A stretch of 33,343 nucleotides of DNA, from assembly GCA_964593895.1 (NCBI GenBank), contig CAZQKL010000003.1, positions 1-33,343 on the forward strand, in the 5' to 3' direction. This DNA comes from an uncultured bacterium (GTDB taxonomy: Bacteria > DYJV01 > JALVYZ01). The position numbers were made by a program, and so were the translations under genes. The notes below the pieces were generated by a model. That model did not search any database and was not told the origin of the DNA. It saw nothing but the letters and a program-made list of their open reading frames with translations. This document shows positions 21,692 to 29,905 of this stretch, in pieces (the stretch's first letter is position 1; every line of letters starts with the position of its first letter).

Positions 21692-22257
21692 TGATTAAAG
21701 TAGAATTTATTTTGGCAAGCTCATCTCCAAGAAGAATTGAGTTATTGAAAAAAGCTGGCTTAAAATTTAGAATTATTCCTGCAGATATTGTTGAAAATAA
21801 TAATTCAAATGACCCAATTGAAGTTGCTATTAAAAATTCCTATTTTAAAGCACTTAAAGTAGCAAAAAAGTTTAAAAATAATTTTGTCGCAGGATTTGAT
21901 ACAGTTGTTGAAATTGATGGCAAAATTATTGGAAAGCCTAAAAATAGAGAAGAAGCAGAAATTATGTTGAAAACATTATCAGGAAAAGTCCATACTGTAA
22001 CTACAGGATTTACAATTTTGAATTTAAATAAAATGGTAGAGATAAAAAAGTATTGTGTTTCCAGAGTAAAATTTAAAAATTTATTGCAAGATGAAATAGA
22101 TTGGTATCTATCAACTGATGAACCTTATGATAAAGCAGGAGCCTATGCTATTCAGGGAATTGGTGCTTTTATGGTAAAGGAAATTTACGGTTCTTTTACA
22201 AATGTTATAGGACTTCCTTTATGCGAATTTATTGAAGTTTTAAGAGAACTAAAATGA
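21688..22257 (+). CDS. maf: Maf family nucleoside triphosphate pyrophosphatase (YhdE-like)
   Basis: ILASSSPRR, DTVV, GKP, LSGKVH.V.T, DKAGAYAIQG, NVIGLPL; start may be ATG 21691. Confidence 0.93.
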   Translation: MMIKVEFILASSSPRRIELLKKAGLKFRIIPADIVENNNSNDPIEVAIKNSYFKALKVAKKFKNNFVAGFDTVVEIDGKIIGKPKNREEAEIMLKTLSGKVHTVTTGFTILNLNKMVEIKKYCVSRVKFKNLLQDEIDWYLSTDEPYDKAGAYAIQGIGAFMVKEIYGSFTNVIGLPLCEFIEVLRELK

Positions 22258-22931
22258 TGAATATTTGCGAGAGAATAGAGAATATTTTAGAAATTATTGA
22301 AAAATGTAAAATTAAAGCTGGCAGGAAAGATAATGTAAAATTAATTGCTGTATCAAAAACATTTCCAGCCGATAAAATATTAGAAGTCTACAATTGTGGG
22401 ATAAGAGATTTTGGTGAAAATTATGTTCAAGAAATGATAAAAAAGATTGATGAGTTAAAAAATTATGGTATAAAATGGCATTTTATTGGACATCTTCAGA
22501 GAAATAAAGCAAAGTATATTTTTGATAAAATAGAATATCTACAATCACTTTGCTCAATAAAACTTGCTGAAATTTTAAATAGGAAACTTGAAACTAAAGG
22601 TTTAAAATTAAAAGTTTTAGTTCAGGTAAACATTGGTAAAGATAAAAATAAACATGGAATCTATGAAGAAGAATTGGAAGATTTTTTAATAGAATTACAA
22701 AAATTTAAAAATTTAATAATTAAAGGTTTAATGTGCATTCCCCCATTATCAATTGATAGAGAAATTACAAGAAAATATTATAGAAAGATGAGGGAACTAT
22801 TTGAAAAATATAAAGATAATTTTCAATTTGAAGAATTATCAATGGGGATGAGTGGAGATTTTGATATTGCAGTTGAGGAAGGAGCAACAATGGTAAGAAT
22901 TGGAACTTTAATTTTTGGACAAAGGAGCTAA
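22254..22931 (+). CDS. yggS: Pyridoxal phosphate homeostasis protein (YggS/PLPBP)
   Basis: LIAVSKT, FGENYVQE, WHFIGHLQRNK, GLMCIPP, LSMGMSGD, GATMVRIGT.IFG. Confidence 0.95.
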   Translation: MMNICERIENILEIIEKCKIKAGRKDNVKLIAVSKTFPADKILEVYNCGIRDFGENYVQEMIKKIDELKNYGIKWHFIGHLQRNKAKYIFDKIEYLQSLCSIKLAEILNRKLETKGLKLKVLVQVNIGKDKNKHGIYEEELEDFLIELQKFKNLIIKGLMCIPPLSIDREITRKYYRKMRELFEKYKDNFQFEELSMGMSGDFDIAVEEGATMVRIGTLIFGQRS

Positions 22932-22933
22932 TT

Positions 22934-23257
22934 ATGTTTTCAATATCAGTTATGCTTATAGTTTTTTTACTATTTTTCATTGCAATTCTTTTCATGTACA
23001 TAGTATATTTAAATGGTGAGTATAAGAAAGTGATAGAGCTTTATCAGAAAGCAGTTAGTGAACAGGAAAGATTAGAGAAAAGGTTTCTTGAATATACTGA
23101 AAAAATAGAGAAACTACAAAAAGAATTGGCTGATAAAGAGGTTGAAATTCATAAACTAACAGATGAAAATACAAAATTAAACCGTAGAGTTAAAAAGCTA
23201 CTTGAAGTTAATCAGGAATTAAAATCAAAACTTGAAACACTTCAGGAAATTTATTAG
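22934..23257 (+). CDS. Hypothetical membrane-anchored coiled-coil protein
   Basis: About 25-aa hydrophobic N-terminus followed by about 80 aa of E/K/L heptads; fits tightly between yggS and leuD. Confidence 0.75.
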   Translation: MFSISVMLIVFLLFFIAILFMYIVYLNGEYKKVIELYQKAVSEQERLEKRFLEYTEKIEKLQKELADKEVEIHKLTDENTKLNRRVKKLLEVNQELKSKLETLQEIY

Positions 23258-23269
23258 AAGGAGGAAGGA

Positions 23270-23779
23270 ATGATATATAGAGGAAAGGTTTGGAAATTTG
23301 GGGATGATATAGATACAGATGCAATTATTCCTGCAAGATATTTAAATACTTCAGACCCTGAGGAGCTTGCAAAACATTGTATGGAAGATGCTGACCCAGA
23401 ATTTGTAAAAAAAATGAATAAAGGAGATATTATTGTTGCAGGTGAAAATTTTGGAAGTGGCTCTTCAAGAGAGCATGCTCCAATTTCAATTAAAGCTTGT
23501 GGAATTTCATGTGTTATTGCAAAGTCATTTGCAAGAATATTTTTTAGAAATTCTTTTAATATTGGGCTTCCAATATTGGAAGCACCAGATGCAGTTGATG
23601 AAATAAATGAAGGTGATGAGCTTGAAGTTAATTTTAAGACAGGTGAAATAAAAAATCTAACAACAAAAAAGGTTTATAAATCTCAACCTATACCGCCATT
23701 TATGCAGGAGCTTGTTGAAAAAGGTGGACTTTTAAAATATGTTGTGGAAAAAGTTAAACAAGGGAGGATGGATAGATGA
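23270..23779 (+). CDS. leuD: 3-isopropylmalate dehydratase small subunit (LeuD/HacB/DmdB type)
   Basis: [39 protein letters not shown]; adjacent to leuB. Confidence 0.92.
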   Translation: MIYRGKVWKFGDDIDTDAIIPARYLNTSDPEELAKHCMEDADPEFVKKMNKGDIIVAGENFGSGSSREHAPISIKACGISCVIAKSFARIFFRNSFNIGLPILEAPDAVDEINEGDELEVNFKTGEIKNLTTKKVYKSQPIPPFMQELVEKGGLLKYVVEKVKQGRMDR

Positions 23780-24828
23780 GCACATATAAAATTGCAGTAA
23801 TTCCTGGAGATGGAATTGGGCCTGAGGTTATAAATGAAGCTTTAAAAGTTCTTGAAGCTTTACAAGATGATAATTTAAAATTTGATTTTGTTAAATTTGA
23901 TTTTGGTGGAGAAAGATATTTAAAAACAGAAGAAACACTTCCTGATTCAGCAATTGAAGAGTTAAAAAAGTTTGATGCAATTTTACTTGGGGCAATAGGT
24001 CATCCAGATGTGAAACCTGGAATACTTGAAAAGGGGATATTATTAAAATTAAGATTTGAACTTGACCAGTATATTAATTTAAGGCCAATAAAACTTTATG
24101 AGGGAGTAGAAACACCTTTAAAAGATAAAGGTCCAGATGATATAGACTTTGTTGTTGTTAGAGAAAATACAGAAGGATTGTATGCTGGTTCAGGTGGTTT
24201 TTTAAGAAAAAGGACAAAGTATGAGGTTGCAATTCAGGAATCAATAAATACATATTTTGGAGTTGAAAGATGTGTTAGATATGCCTATGAATTTACAAGA
24301 AAAAGGAATAAAAAGAAAAAACTTCTTCTTTGCGGTAAAACAAATGTTTTAACATATGCATTTGATTTATGGGAGAGAGTTTTTTATGAAGTTGGAAAAG
24401 ATTATCCAGATATAGAAAAAGAATATGGGCATGTTGATGCTGTTTGCATGTGGATGGTAAAAAATCCTGAAATGTTTGATGTAATAGTTACAGATAATAT
24501 GTTTGGTGATATTATCACTGACCTTGGAGCAATAATTCAGGGTGGAATGGGAATTGCCGCAGGAGGAAATATAAATCCAAATGGTGTATCAATGTTTGAA
24601 CCAATTGGAGGTTCAGCTCCAAAATATGCAGGAAAAAATGTGATAAATCCACTTGCAGCAATAATGGCTGGGGAAATGATGTTAAGATTTTTTAATGAAG
24701 ATAAATATGCAGATAGAATTGAAAATAGCGTTAAAATTGTTTTAAAAAATCACTTAAAAAGTCTTTCTGCAGGGAAAATGGGTTACACAACTCAGGAAGT
24801 TGGAGATTTGGTTGTAAAATATTTATAG
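23776..24828 (+). CDS. leuB: 3-isopropylmalate dehydrogenase
   Basis: [57 protein letters not shown]. Confidence 0.9.
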   Translation: MSTYKIAVIPGDGIGPEVINEALKVLEALQDDNLKFDFVKFDFGGERYLKTEETLPDSAIEELKKFDAILLGAIGHPDVKPGILEKGILLKLRFELDQYINLRPIKLYEGVETPLKDKGPDDIDFVVVRENTEGLYAGSGGFLRKRTKYEVAIQESINTYFGVERCVRYAYEFTRKRNKKKKLLLCGKTNVLTYAFDLWERVFYEVGKDYPDIEKEYGHVDAVCMWMVKNPEMFDVIVTDNMFGDIITDLGAIIQGGMGIAAGGNINPNGVSMFEPIGGSAPKYAGKNVINPLAAIMAGEMMLRFFNEDKYADRIENSVKIVLKNHLKSLSAGKMGYTTQEVGDLVVKYL

Positions 24829-24837
24829 AGGGTTGTC

Positions 24838-25770
24838 ATGAAAACAGATATACTTCTTGAAACAGGGACAAATGAACTTGAAATAATTGAGTTTTACATT
24901 GATGGAAAAGAGGAAGATGGTTCTATAAAACGTAATTATTTTGGAATAAATGTTGCAAAAGTAAGAGAAATTATTAAAACACCTAAACTCACAGATGTTC
25001 CAAAGGCTGATAAAAATATTGAAGGAATGATAAATTTAAGAGGTGAAATAATTCCAATGATAAATCTTGCAAAATGGCTTGAAATAGATTCTCCATCTCC
25101 AATGAAAAAGGTAATAATTACAGAATTTAATAATGTTGTTAATGGCTTTATGGTAAATGACGTAACAAGAATTTATAGGATTAACTGGAGGAATGTTATT
25201 CAGCCATCACAACTAAGCACATCTAAAAAAACTAATTGTATAACAAGTGTTGTAAAGATAGATGATAAATTAATACTTATATTGGATTTTGAAAGCATTA
25301 TTGCAGATATCTTCCCAGAATATTCAGTAAAAGAAGTTGAACCAGATAAAATTTCAAAAGCTGATAAATTAAAGGGAAAAACAATTTTAATAGCAGATGA
25401 TTCGCCAGGAATTAGGTCAATAATGAAAAAATCTTTACAAAAAGCTGGAATAAATGTGATTGAAACTTCCAATGGTGAAGAAGCTTTTAGTAAATTAAAT
25501 GAAATTTTAAATATAGCAAGAAAAGAGAATAAAAGTGTAAATGAATATCTTGATGCAATAGTTACAGACCTTGAAATGCCTGGAATGGATGGAGCTCATC
25601 TTGTAAAAAGAGTAAGAGAACTACCAGAATTTGATAAAATTCCAATTATTGTTTTTTCATCAATGGTTAGTGAAGCTAATAAAAGAAAGCTTTACTCAAT
25701 TGGTGCAAATAGATTTTTGGGAAAACCTGAACTTGGAAAACTTGTAGAAATTTTAGCTGAAACTATTTAA
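24838..25770 (+). CDS. cheV: Chemotaxis coupling protein CheV (CheW plus receiver domain)
   Basis: ILLETGTNELEIIEF, FGINVAKVREI, NLRGEIIP, LDFESII; receiver IADDS, TDLEMPGMDG. Confidence 0.9.
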   Translation: MKTDILLETGTNELEIIEFYIDGKEEDGSIKRNYFGINVAKVREIIKTPKLTDVPKADKNIEGMINLRGEIIPMINLAKWLEIDSPSPMKKVIITEFNNVVNGFMVNDVTRIYRINWRNVIQPSQLSTSKKTNCITSVVKIDDKLILILDFESIIADIFPEYSVKEVEPDKISKADKLKGKTILIADDSPGIRSIMKKSLQKAGINVIETSNGEEAFSKLNEILNIARKENKSVNEYLDAIVTDLEMPGMDGAHLVKRVRELPEFDKIPIIVFSSMVSEANKRKLYSIGANRFLGKPELGKLVEILAETI

Positions 25771-26771
25771 AATATTCCTGCAATTTCGCAACCACAGTTT
25801 TTACATTTATTATTTTCAAGATTTAAGATTTCAATATAATATCCACTTCTTTTAATTAGCATTGTATTGCAATTTGGACAGAATGTGCTTGACCCTTCAG
25901 TATCAGGTATATTTCCTGTATAAACATAATTTAACCCAACAGAAAGTCCAATTTCTCTTGCTTTTTTTACTGTCATAAAAGGAGTTGGAGGAGCATCTGT
26001 TAATTTGTAAGTTGGATAAAATGCACTAACGTGCCATGGAATATTTTTATCTATGCTTTTTATGAAATTGGCAATCTGGGTTAGTTCTTTCTCAGAATCA
26101 TTGTAACCTGGAATTATTAAAGTTGTTATTTCAACCCATACACCAAAAGATTTTAATTTTTCCACATTTTCAAGAACAGGTTTTAGTTTAGCTCTGCATA
26201 TTTTAGAGTAAAATTTTTCAGAAAATTTAATGTCAATATTTATAGCATCAAGCCACTCTTTTAAATCATTTATAACTTCTTTACTCATATATCCATTGCT
26301 AACAAAAATATTTTTTATCCCATTTTCTTTGGCAATTAAGCCAGTTTCCCTTGCAAGTTCATAGTAAATTGTTGGTTCAGTATAAGTGTATGAAATTGAG
26401 AGTAGATGGTTATTAACTGTTTTTTTTACAAGTTCCTCTGGATAAATATCTTTTCCAATAATTTTTCCACCATGTAATTCAGGGAATTGAGAAATTTCAA
26501 AATTCTGACAGTGCAAGCATTTAAAATTACATCCAACAGTTGAAATAGAATATGTGTATGAGCCAGGTAGAAAATGATATAAAGGTTTTTTTTCAACTGG
26601 GTCTATATTTTCTGCAATAATTTTTGGATACACAAGAGAATATAAGGTCTGGTTTTTGTTAAGTCTTACTCTGCATATTCCAGTGGAATTATTTTTTATA
26701 ATGCAGTAATGATTACATAATAGGCATTTAACATCATTTTCTCTTTTTTCATAAAAAAGTGCTTCTTTCAT
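25767..26771 (-). CDS. amrS: AmmeMemoRadiSam system radical SAM enzyme
   Basis: N-terminal CxxC...C...GICRVR, IDPVEKKPLYHFLPG, CxxxCxxC (GCNFKCLHCQN), YTYTEP, C-terminal CPNC...CKNCG. Confidence 0.9.
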   Translation of the reverse strand: MKEALFYEKRENDVKCLLCNHYCIIKNNSTGICRVRLNKNQTLYSLVYPKIIAENIDPVEKKPLYHFLPGSYTYSISTVGCNFKCLHCQNFEISQFPELHGGKIIGKDIYPEELVKKTVNNHLLSISYTYTEPTIYYELARETGLIAKENGIKNIFVSNGYMSKEVINDLKEWLDAINIDIKFSEKFYSKICRAKLKPVLENVEKLKSFGVWVEITTLIIPGYNDSEKELTQIANFIKSIDKNIPWHVSAFYPTYKLTDAPPTPFMTVKKAREIGLSVGLNYVYTGNIPDTEGSSTFCPNCNTMLIKRSGYYIEILNLENNKCKNCGCEIAGIF

Positions 26772-26777
26772 ATTTTT

Positions 26778-26806
26778 AAATTAACACACAAAAAAAATTT
26801 TTTCAA
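26778..26806 (-). promoter_or_regulatory. Putative sigma70 promoter (leaderless) for amrS
   Basis: Minus strand TTGAAA-17 nt-TAATTT with extended TGn, 6 nt before ATG 26771; no SD. Confidence 0.5.
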
Positions 26807-26811
26807 ATTAA

Positions 26812-26840
26812 TTGATTTTTTTCTTTTTCTCAATTATTAT
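26812..26840 (+). promoter_or_regulatory. Putative sigma70 promoter (leaderless) for the hybrid kinase
   Basis: TTGATT-17 nt-TATTAT, 7 nt before ATG 26848; no SD. Confidence 0.5.
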
Positions 26841-26847
26841 TAATTTG

Positions 26848-28908
26848 ATGATATCAAGAGTTTTAAAACTATTTCTTATCACACTATTTTCGCTTTATTT
26901 TCTCGTTTTTGGAATTTTTCTTTATTTTTTTACTCAAACATCCCATCAATTTCTTTTTTTTATTCTATTTTTTGTTAGCTTGCTTTTAGTTTCATTGATA
27001 ATTATTATCATTTTTGCGAATGCAATTAAGTTAGAATTTGAAAGCCTTGCGACAAATTATACATTTGTAAAAAACAGGGAAAATCTTTTACTTGATTCAA
27101 TTACAGAGGGAGTTTGTTGGCTTGATAAAAAAGGAGATATAGTTTTTGCAAATAGAAGTGCTAAATTCATTCTTGGATATAGTGAAGATGATAAACTACT
27201 TGGAGAGAATTTTCATAAGCTTGTTCATAAGGATGAAAGAGAACCAAAAGAAAAGTGCGCTGTAGAAATTACTTTAAAAAATGGGACATGTAATTTTTTT
27301 AGAAATGAATACTTTGTAAGAAAAGATGGTAAAAGAATTCCAGTTGCAGTTTTTACCTCTCCAATAATTGAAAAGGATAAAATAACAGGTGCTGTTGTAA
27401 CATTTATTGATTTGACCCATGAAGTAAAACAGAGAGAAGAGATAGAAAAATATAAAACAATTATTGAGCAAGCTTCAGTAATTATTGTTATAACTGATAA
27501 AGATGGCAATATTCAATATGTAAATCCAACATTTGAAAAAATAACAGGATATTCAAAAAGTGAAGTTTTAGGAAAAAATCCAAGAATTTTAAAAAGTGGA
27601 GTTCATCCAAAATCTTTTTATGAAAATTTATGGAATACAATTTTATCTGGCAAAATGTGGGAAGGGGAGTTTGTCAATAAAAAGAAGGATGGTGCTTTTT
27701 ACTATGAGGAGGCAAACATATTTCCAATTAGAAATAGAGAAGGTAAAATAACAAATTTTGTTGGAATAAAGAAAGATATTACAAAATCTAAGATGTTAGA
27801 AGAGCAGTTATTTCAAGCACAAAAGATGGAAGCAATTGGAAGATTAACTGGAAGTATTGCCCATGATTTTAATAATATTTTAACAATTATTTCTGGCTAT
27901 GCTGAAATGTTGCAAAAAAATCTTCCATCAAAGCATACAGAAAAGATTTTAGAAGCTGTTGAAAGAGCTAAAGATTTAATAAATAAACTTCTTGCTTTCA
28001 GTAGAAAACAGGAAATAAATCCAAAGCCTATAAATATTGTAAATGAAATAAAAAGCCTTGAAAAGATGATAAGACGGCTAATCCCTGAAGATATTGAGCT
28101 AAAATTTAATTATTCAGAGGAAAATTTAGTTGTTTTTATGGACCCAACTCAAATTGAACAGATTTTAATTAATTTAATTGTAAATTCAAGAGATGCTTTG
28201 TATGAGAAAAAAGATGAGGAAAATAAGAAGATAGAAGTTAATGTAAAAAAAGTTGAAAATAAGGTATTAATTGAAGTTAAAGATAATGGGATTGGTATTC
28301 CAAAATCAATCCAAAATAGAATATTTGAACCTTTTTTTACAACTAAAAAACCTGGAATTGGCACAGGATTGGGATTATCAACAGTTTATGGAATAGTTTT
28401 GCAAAATAAAGGTGAAATAAAATTCAAATCTGAAGTTGGCAAAGGCACAAGTTTTTTTATTTATCTCCCTTTATTTTCAAAGGATAAAATAAATGATGAA
28501 AAACAGAATAAAGAAGTTTTAGAAAATTTACCAAAAGGTAAAGAGAAAGTTCTTGTTGTTGAAGATGAAAAGGAGATAAAAGAGATTTTAAATGAAATGT
28601 TAACCTCACTTGGTTATAAAGTTTCTTTAGCTTCAAATGGTCAGGAAGCATTAGAAACTCTTGAAAAAAACAATTACGATTTTGATTTAATTATTTCTGA
28701 TATAATTATGCCTGAAATGGATGGATATGAATTGTATTCAAAAATCCAGTCATTAAAGCCTTCAGTAAAATTTATCTTTACAACAGGTTATTCAGATGAA
28801 GCATTAAAAGAACTTGGAGTTAAATTAAAAAAGATAAATTTTTTAAAAAAACCTTTTACTTTAAAAGAATTATCATTAAAAATTAGAGAAGTTTTAAATT
28901 CTCAATAA
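26848..28908 (+). CDS. Membrane-bound hybrid sensor histidine kinase (2 TM, PAS-PAS, HisKA, HATPase, receiver)
   Basis: Two hydrophobic helices; two PAS domains; H-box IAHDFNNIL; NLIVNSRDA, DNGIG, FEPFFTTK, GTGLGL; receiver VVEDE, SDIIMP, KP. Start placed at ATG 26848 rather than TTG 26812. Confidence 0.92.
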   Translation: MISRVLKLFLITLFSLYFLVFGIFLYFFTQTSHQFLFFILFFVSLLLVSLIIIIIFANAIKLEFESLATNYTFVKNRENLLLDSITEGVCWLDKKGDIVFANRSAKFILGYSEDDKLLGENFHKLVHKDEREPKEKCAVEITLKNGTCNFFRNEYFVRKDGKRIPVAVFTSPIIEKDKITGAVVTFIDLTHEVKQREEIEKYKTIIEQASVIIVITDKDGNIQYVNPTFEKITGYSKSEVLGKNPRILKSGVHPKSFYENLWNTILSGKMWEGEFVNKKKDGAFYYEEANIFPIRNREGKITNFVGIKKDITKSKMLEEQLFQAQKMEAIGRLTGSIAHDFNNILTIISGYAEMLQKNLPSKHTEKILEAVERAKDLINKLLAFSRKQEINPKPINIVNEIKSLEKMIRRLIPEDIELKFNYSEENLVVFMDPTQIEQILINLIVNSRDALYEKKDEENKKIEVNVKKVENKVLIEVKDNGIGIPKSIQNRIFEPFFTTKKPGIGTGLGLSTVYGIVLQNKGEIKFKSEVGKGTSFFIYLPLFSKDKINDEKQNKEVLENLPKGKEKVLVVEDEKEIKEILNEMLTSLGYKVSLASNGQEALETLEKNNYDFDLIISDIIMPEMDGYELYSKIQSLKPSVKFIFTTGYSDEALKELGVKLKKINFLKKPFTLKELSLKIREVLNSQ

Positions 28909-28914
28909 AATTTC

Positions 28915-28943
28915 TTGACATTAACAAATTTATGTATTATTAA
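28915..28943 (+). promoter_or_regulatory. Putative sigma70 promoter of the dtxR-feoAB operon
   Basis: TTGACA-17 nt-TATTAA, 11 nt before ATG 28955. Confidence 0.6.
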
Positions 28944-28947
28944 TAAA

Positions 28948-28963
28948 GTTAGCTATGCCTAAC
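28948..28963. promoter_or_regulatory. Putative DtxR/MntR-family operator overlapping the start codon
   Basis: Inverted repeat GTTAG-CTATGC-CTAAC, resembling TTAG-N6-CTAA boxes of DtxR-family regulators. Confidence 0.65.
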
Positions 28964-29686
28964 AAAGAGCTTACACCAAGTTTAGAAGATTATCTTGAGG
29001 TAATTTTAAAGTTAACAAAAGAGAATAATGTTGCAAGAGTTAAAGATATTGCAGAAAAGATAAATGTAAAGTTTTCTTCTGTAACAGGAGCATTAAAACA
29101 GCTGTCAAAACTTGGACTTGTAAATTATCAACCTTATCAATATATTACGTTAACTGAAAAGGGAAAAAATGAAGCTAAAAAAATTGAGAGAAAAAGGAAA
29201 ATTTTAAGGAATTTTTTTACAAAATTTTTTGGTATGAAATATACTGAAGCGGAAGAGACTGCATGTAAGGTTGAGCATTTTTTAGAAAATGAAATTATTG
29301 ATAAATTTGAAAAATTAAATGAATTTATAGAAAAATGTCCAAGGACTGACAAATTGTGGCTTGAAAAATTGAAGTGTTATTTAAATGGTAAAAAAGAAGA
29401 TGAAAAATGTTTTGAATGTATTGAAAAACTTTATAAAGATTATAAAAATAAACCTCAAATAACTTTAAAGGATTTAAAGCCTGGAGAAAAAGGTAAAATT
29501 ATTAAATTTGTAAAAAAAGACCAGCTTGTTAAAAGATTAACTGACCTTGGAGCAACTTCAAATGAAATAATTACAGTAAAAAAAATAGCCCCCCTTGGTG
29601 ACCCAATTGATGTTGAAATTAGAGGTTTTCATATTTCAATTAGAAAAAAAGATGCTGAAAATATAATTGTTGAGAAGGTAAAATGA
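28955..29686 (+). CDS. DtxR/MntR-family metal-dependent repressor with C-terminal FeoA domain
   Basis: SLEDYLE.I, ARVKDIA..INV...SVTGALK.L, ITLTEKG, ACKVEH; FeoA domain RLTDLG...APLGDPI. Confidence 0.92.
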   Translation: MPNKELTPSLEDYLEVILKLTKENNVARVKDIAEKINVKFSSVTGALKQLSKLGLVNYQPYQYITLTEKGKNEAKKIERKRKILRNFFTKFFGMKYTEAEETACKVEHFLENEIIDKFEKLNEFIEKCPRTDKLWLEKLKCYLNGKKEDEKCFECIEKLYKDYKNKPQITLKDLKPGEKGKIIKFVKKDQLVKRLTDLGATSNEIITVKKIAPLGDPIDVEIRGFHISIRKKDAENIIVEKVK

Positions 29687-29904
29687 GTCCAATTATAGCT
29701 TTTTCTCAAGGTCAGAAGGTTAAAATTAAAGCAATAAAAAGTGGAAAAGGTTTACAAAAAAGACTTGAAGCAATGGGACTTGGGTTAAATAAAGTTGTTG
29801 AGATTGTTAAAACTCCACCTGGCCCTATAATTGTTAAAGTGGAAAATTCTAAAATTGCTTTAGGTTTTGGTGAAGCAAGTAAAATTTATGGAGAGCCAGT
29901 ATAA
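29683..29904 (+). CDS. feoA: Ferrous iron transport protein A
   Basis: 73 aa; RLEAMGL, GPIIVKV..SKIALG.GEA.KI; directly upstream of feoB. Confidence 0.9.
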   Translation: MSPIIAFSQGQKVKIKAIKSGKGLQKRLEAMGLGLNKVVEIVKTPPGPIIVKVENSKIALGFGEASKIYGEPV

Positions 29905-29905
29905 T

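Noticed and set aside
26812-26847. TTG start and N-terminal extension of the kinase
   Set aside because: The stretch fits a -35/-10 promoter; ATG 26848 is more plausible
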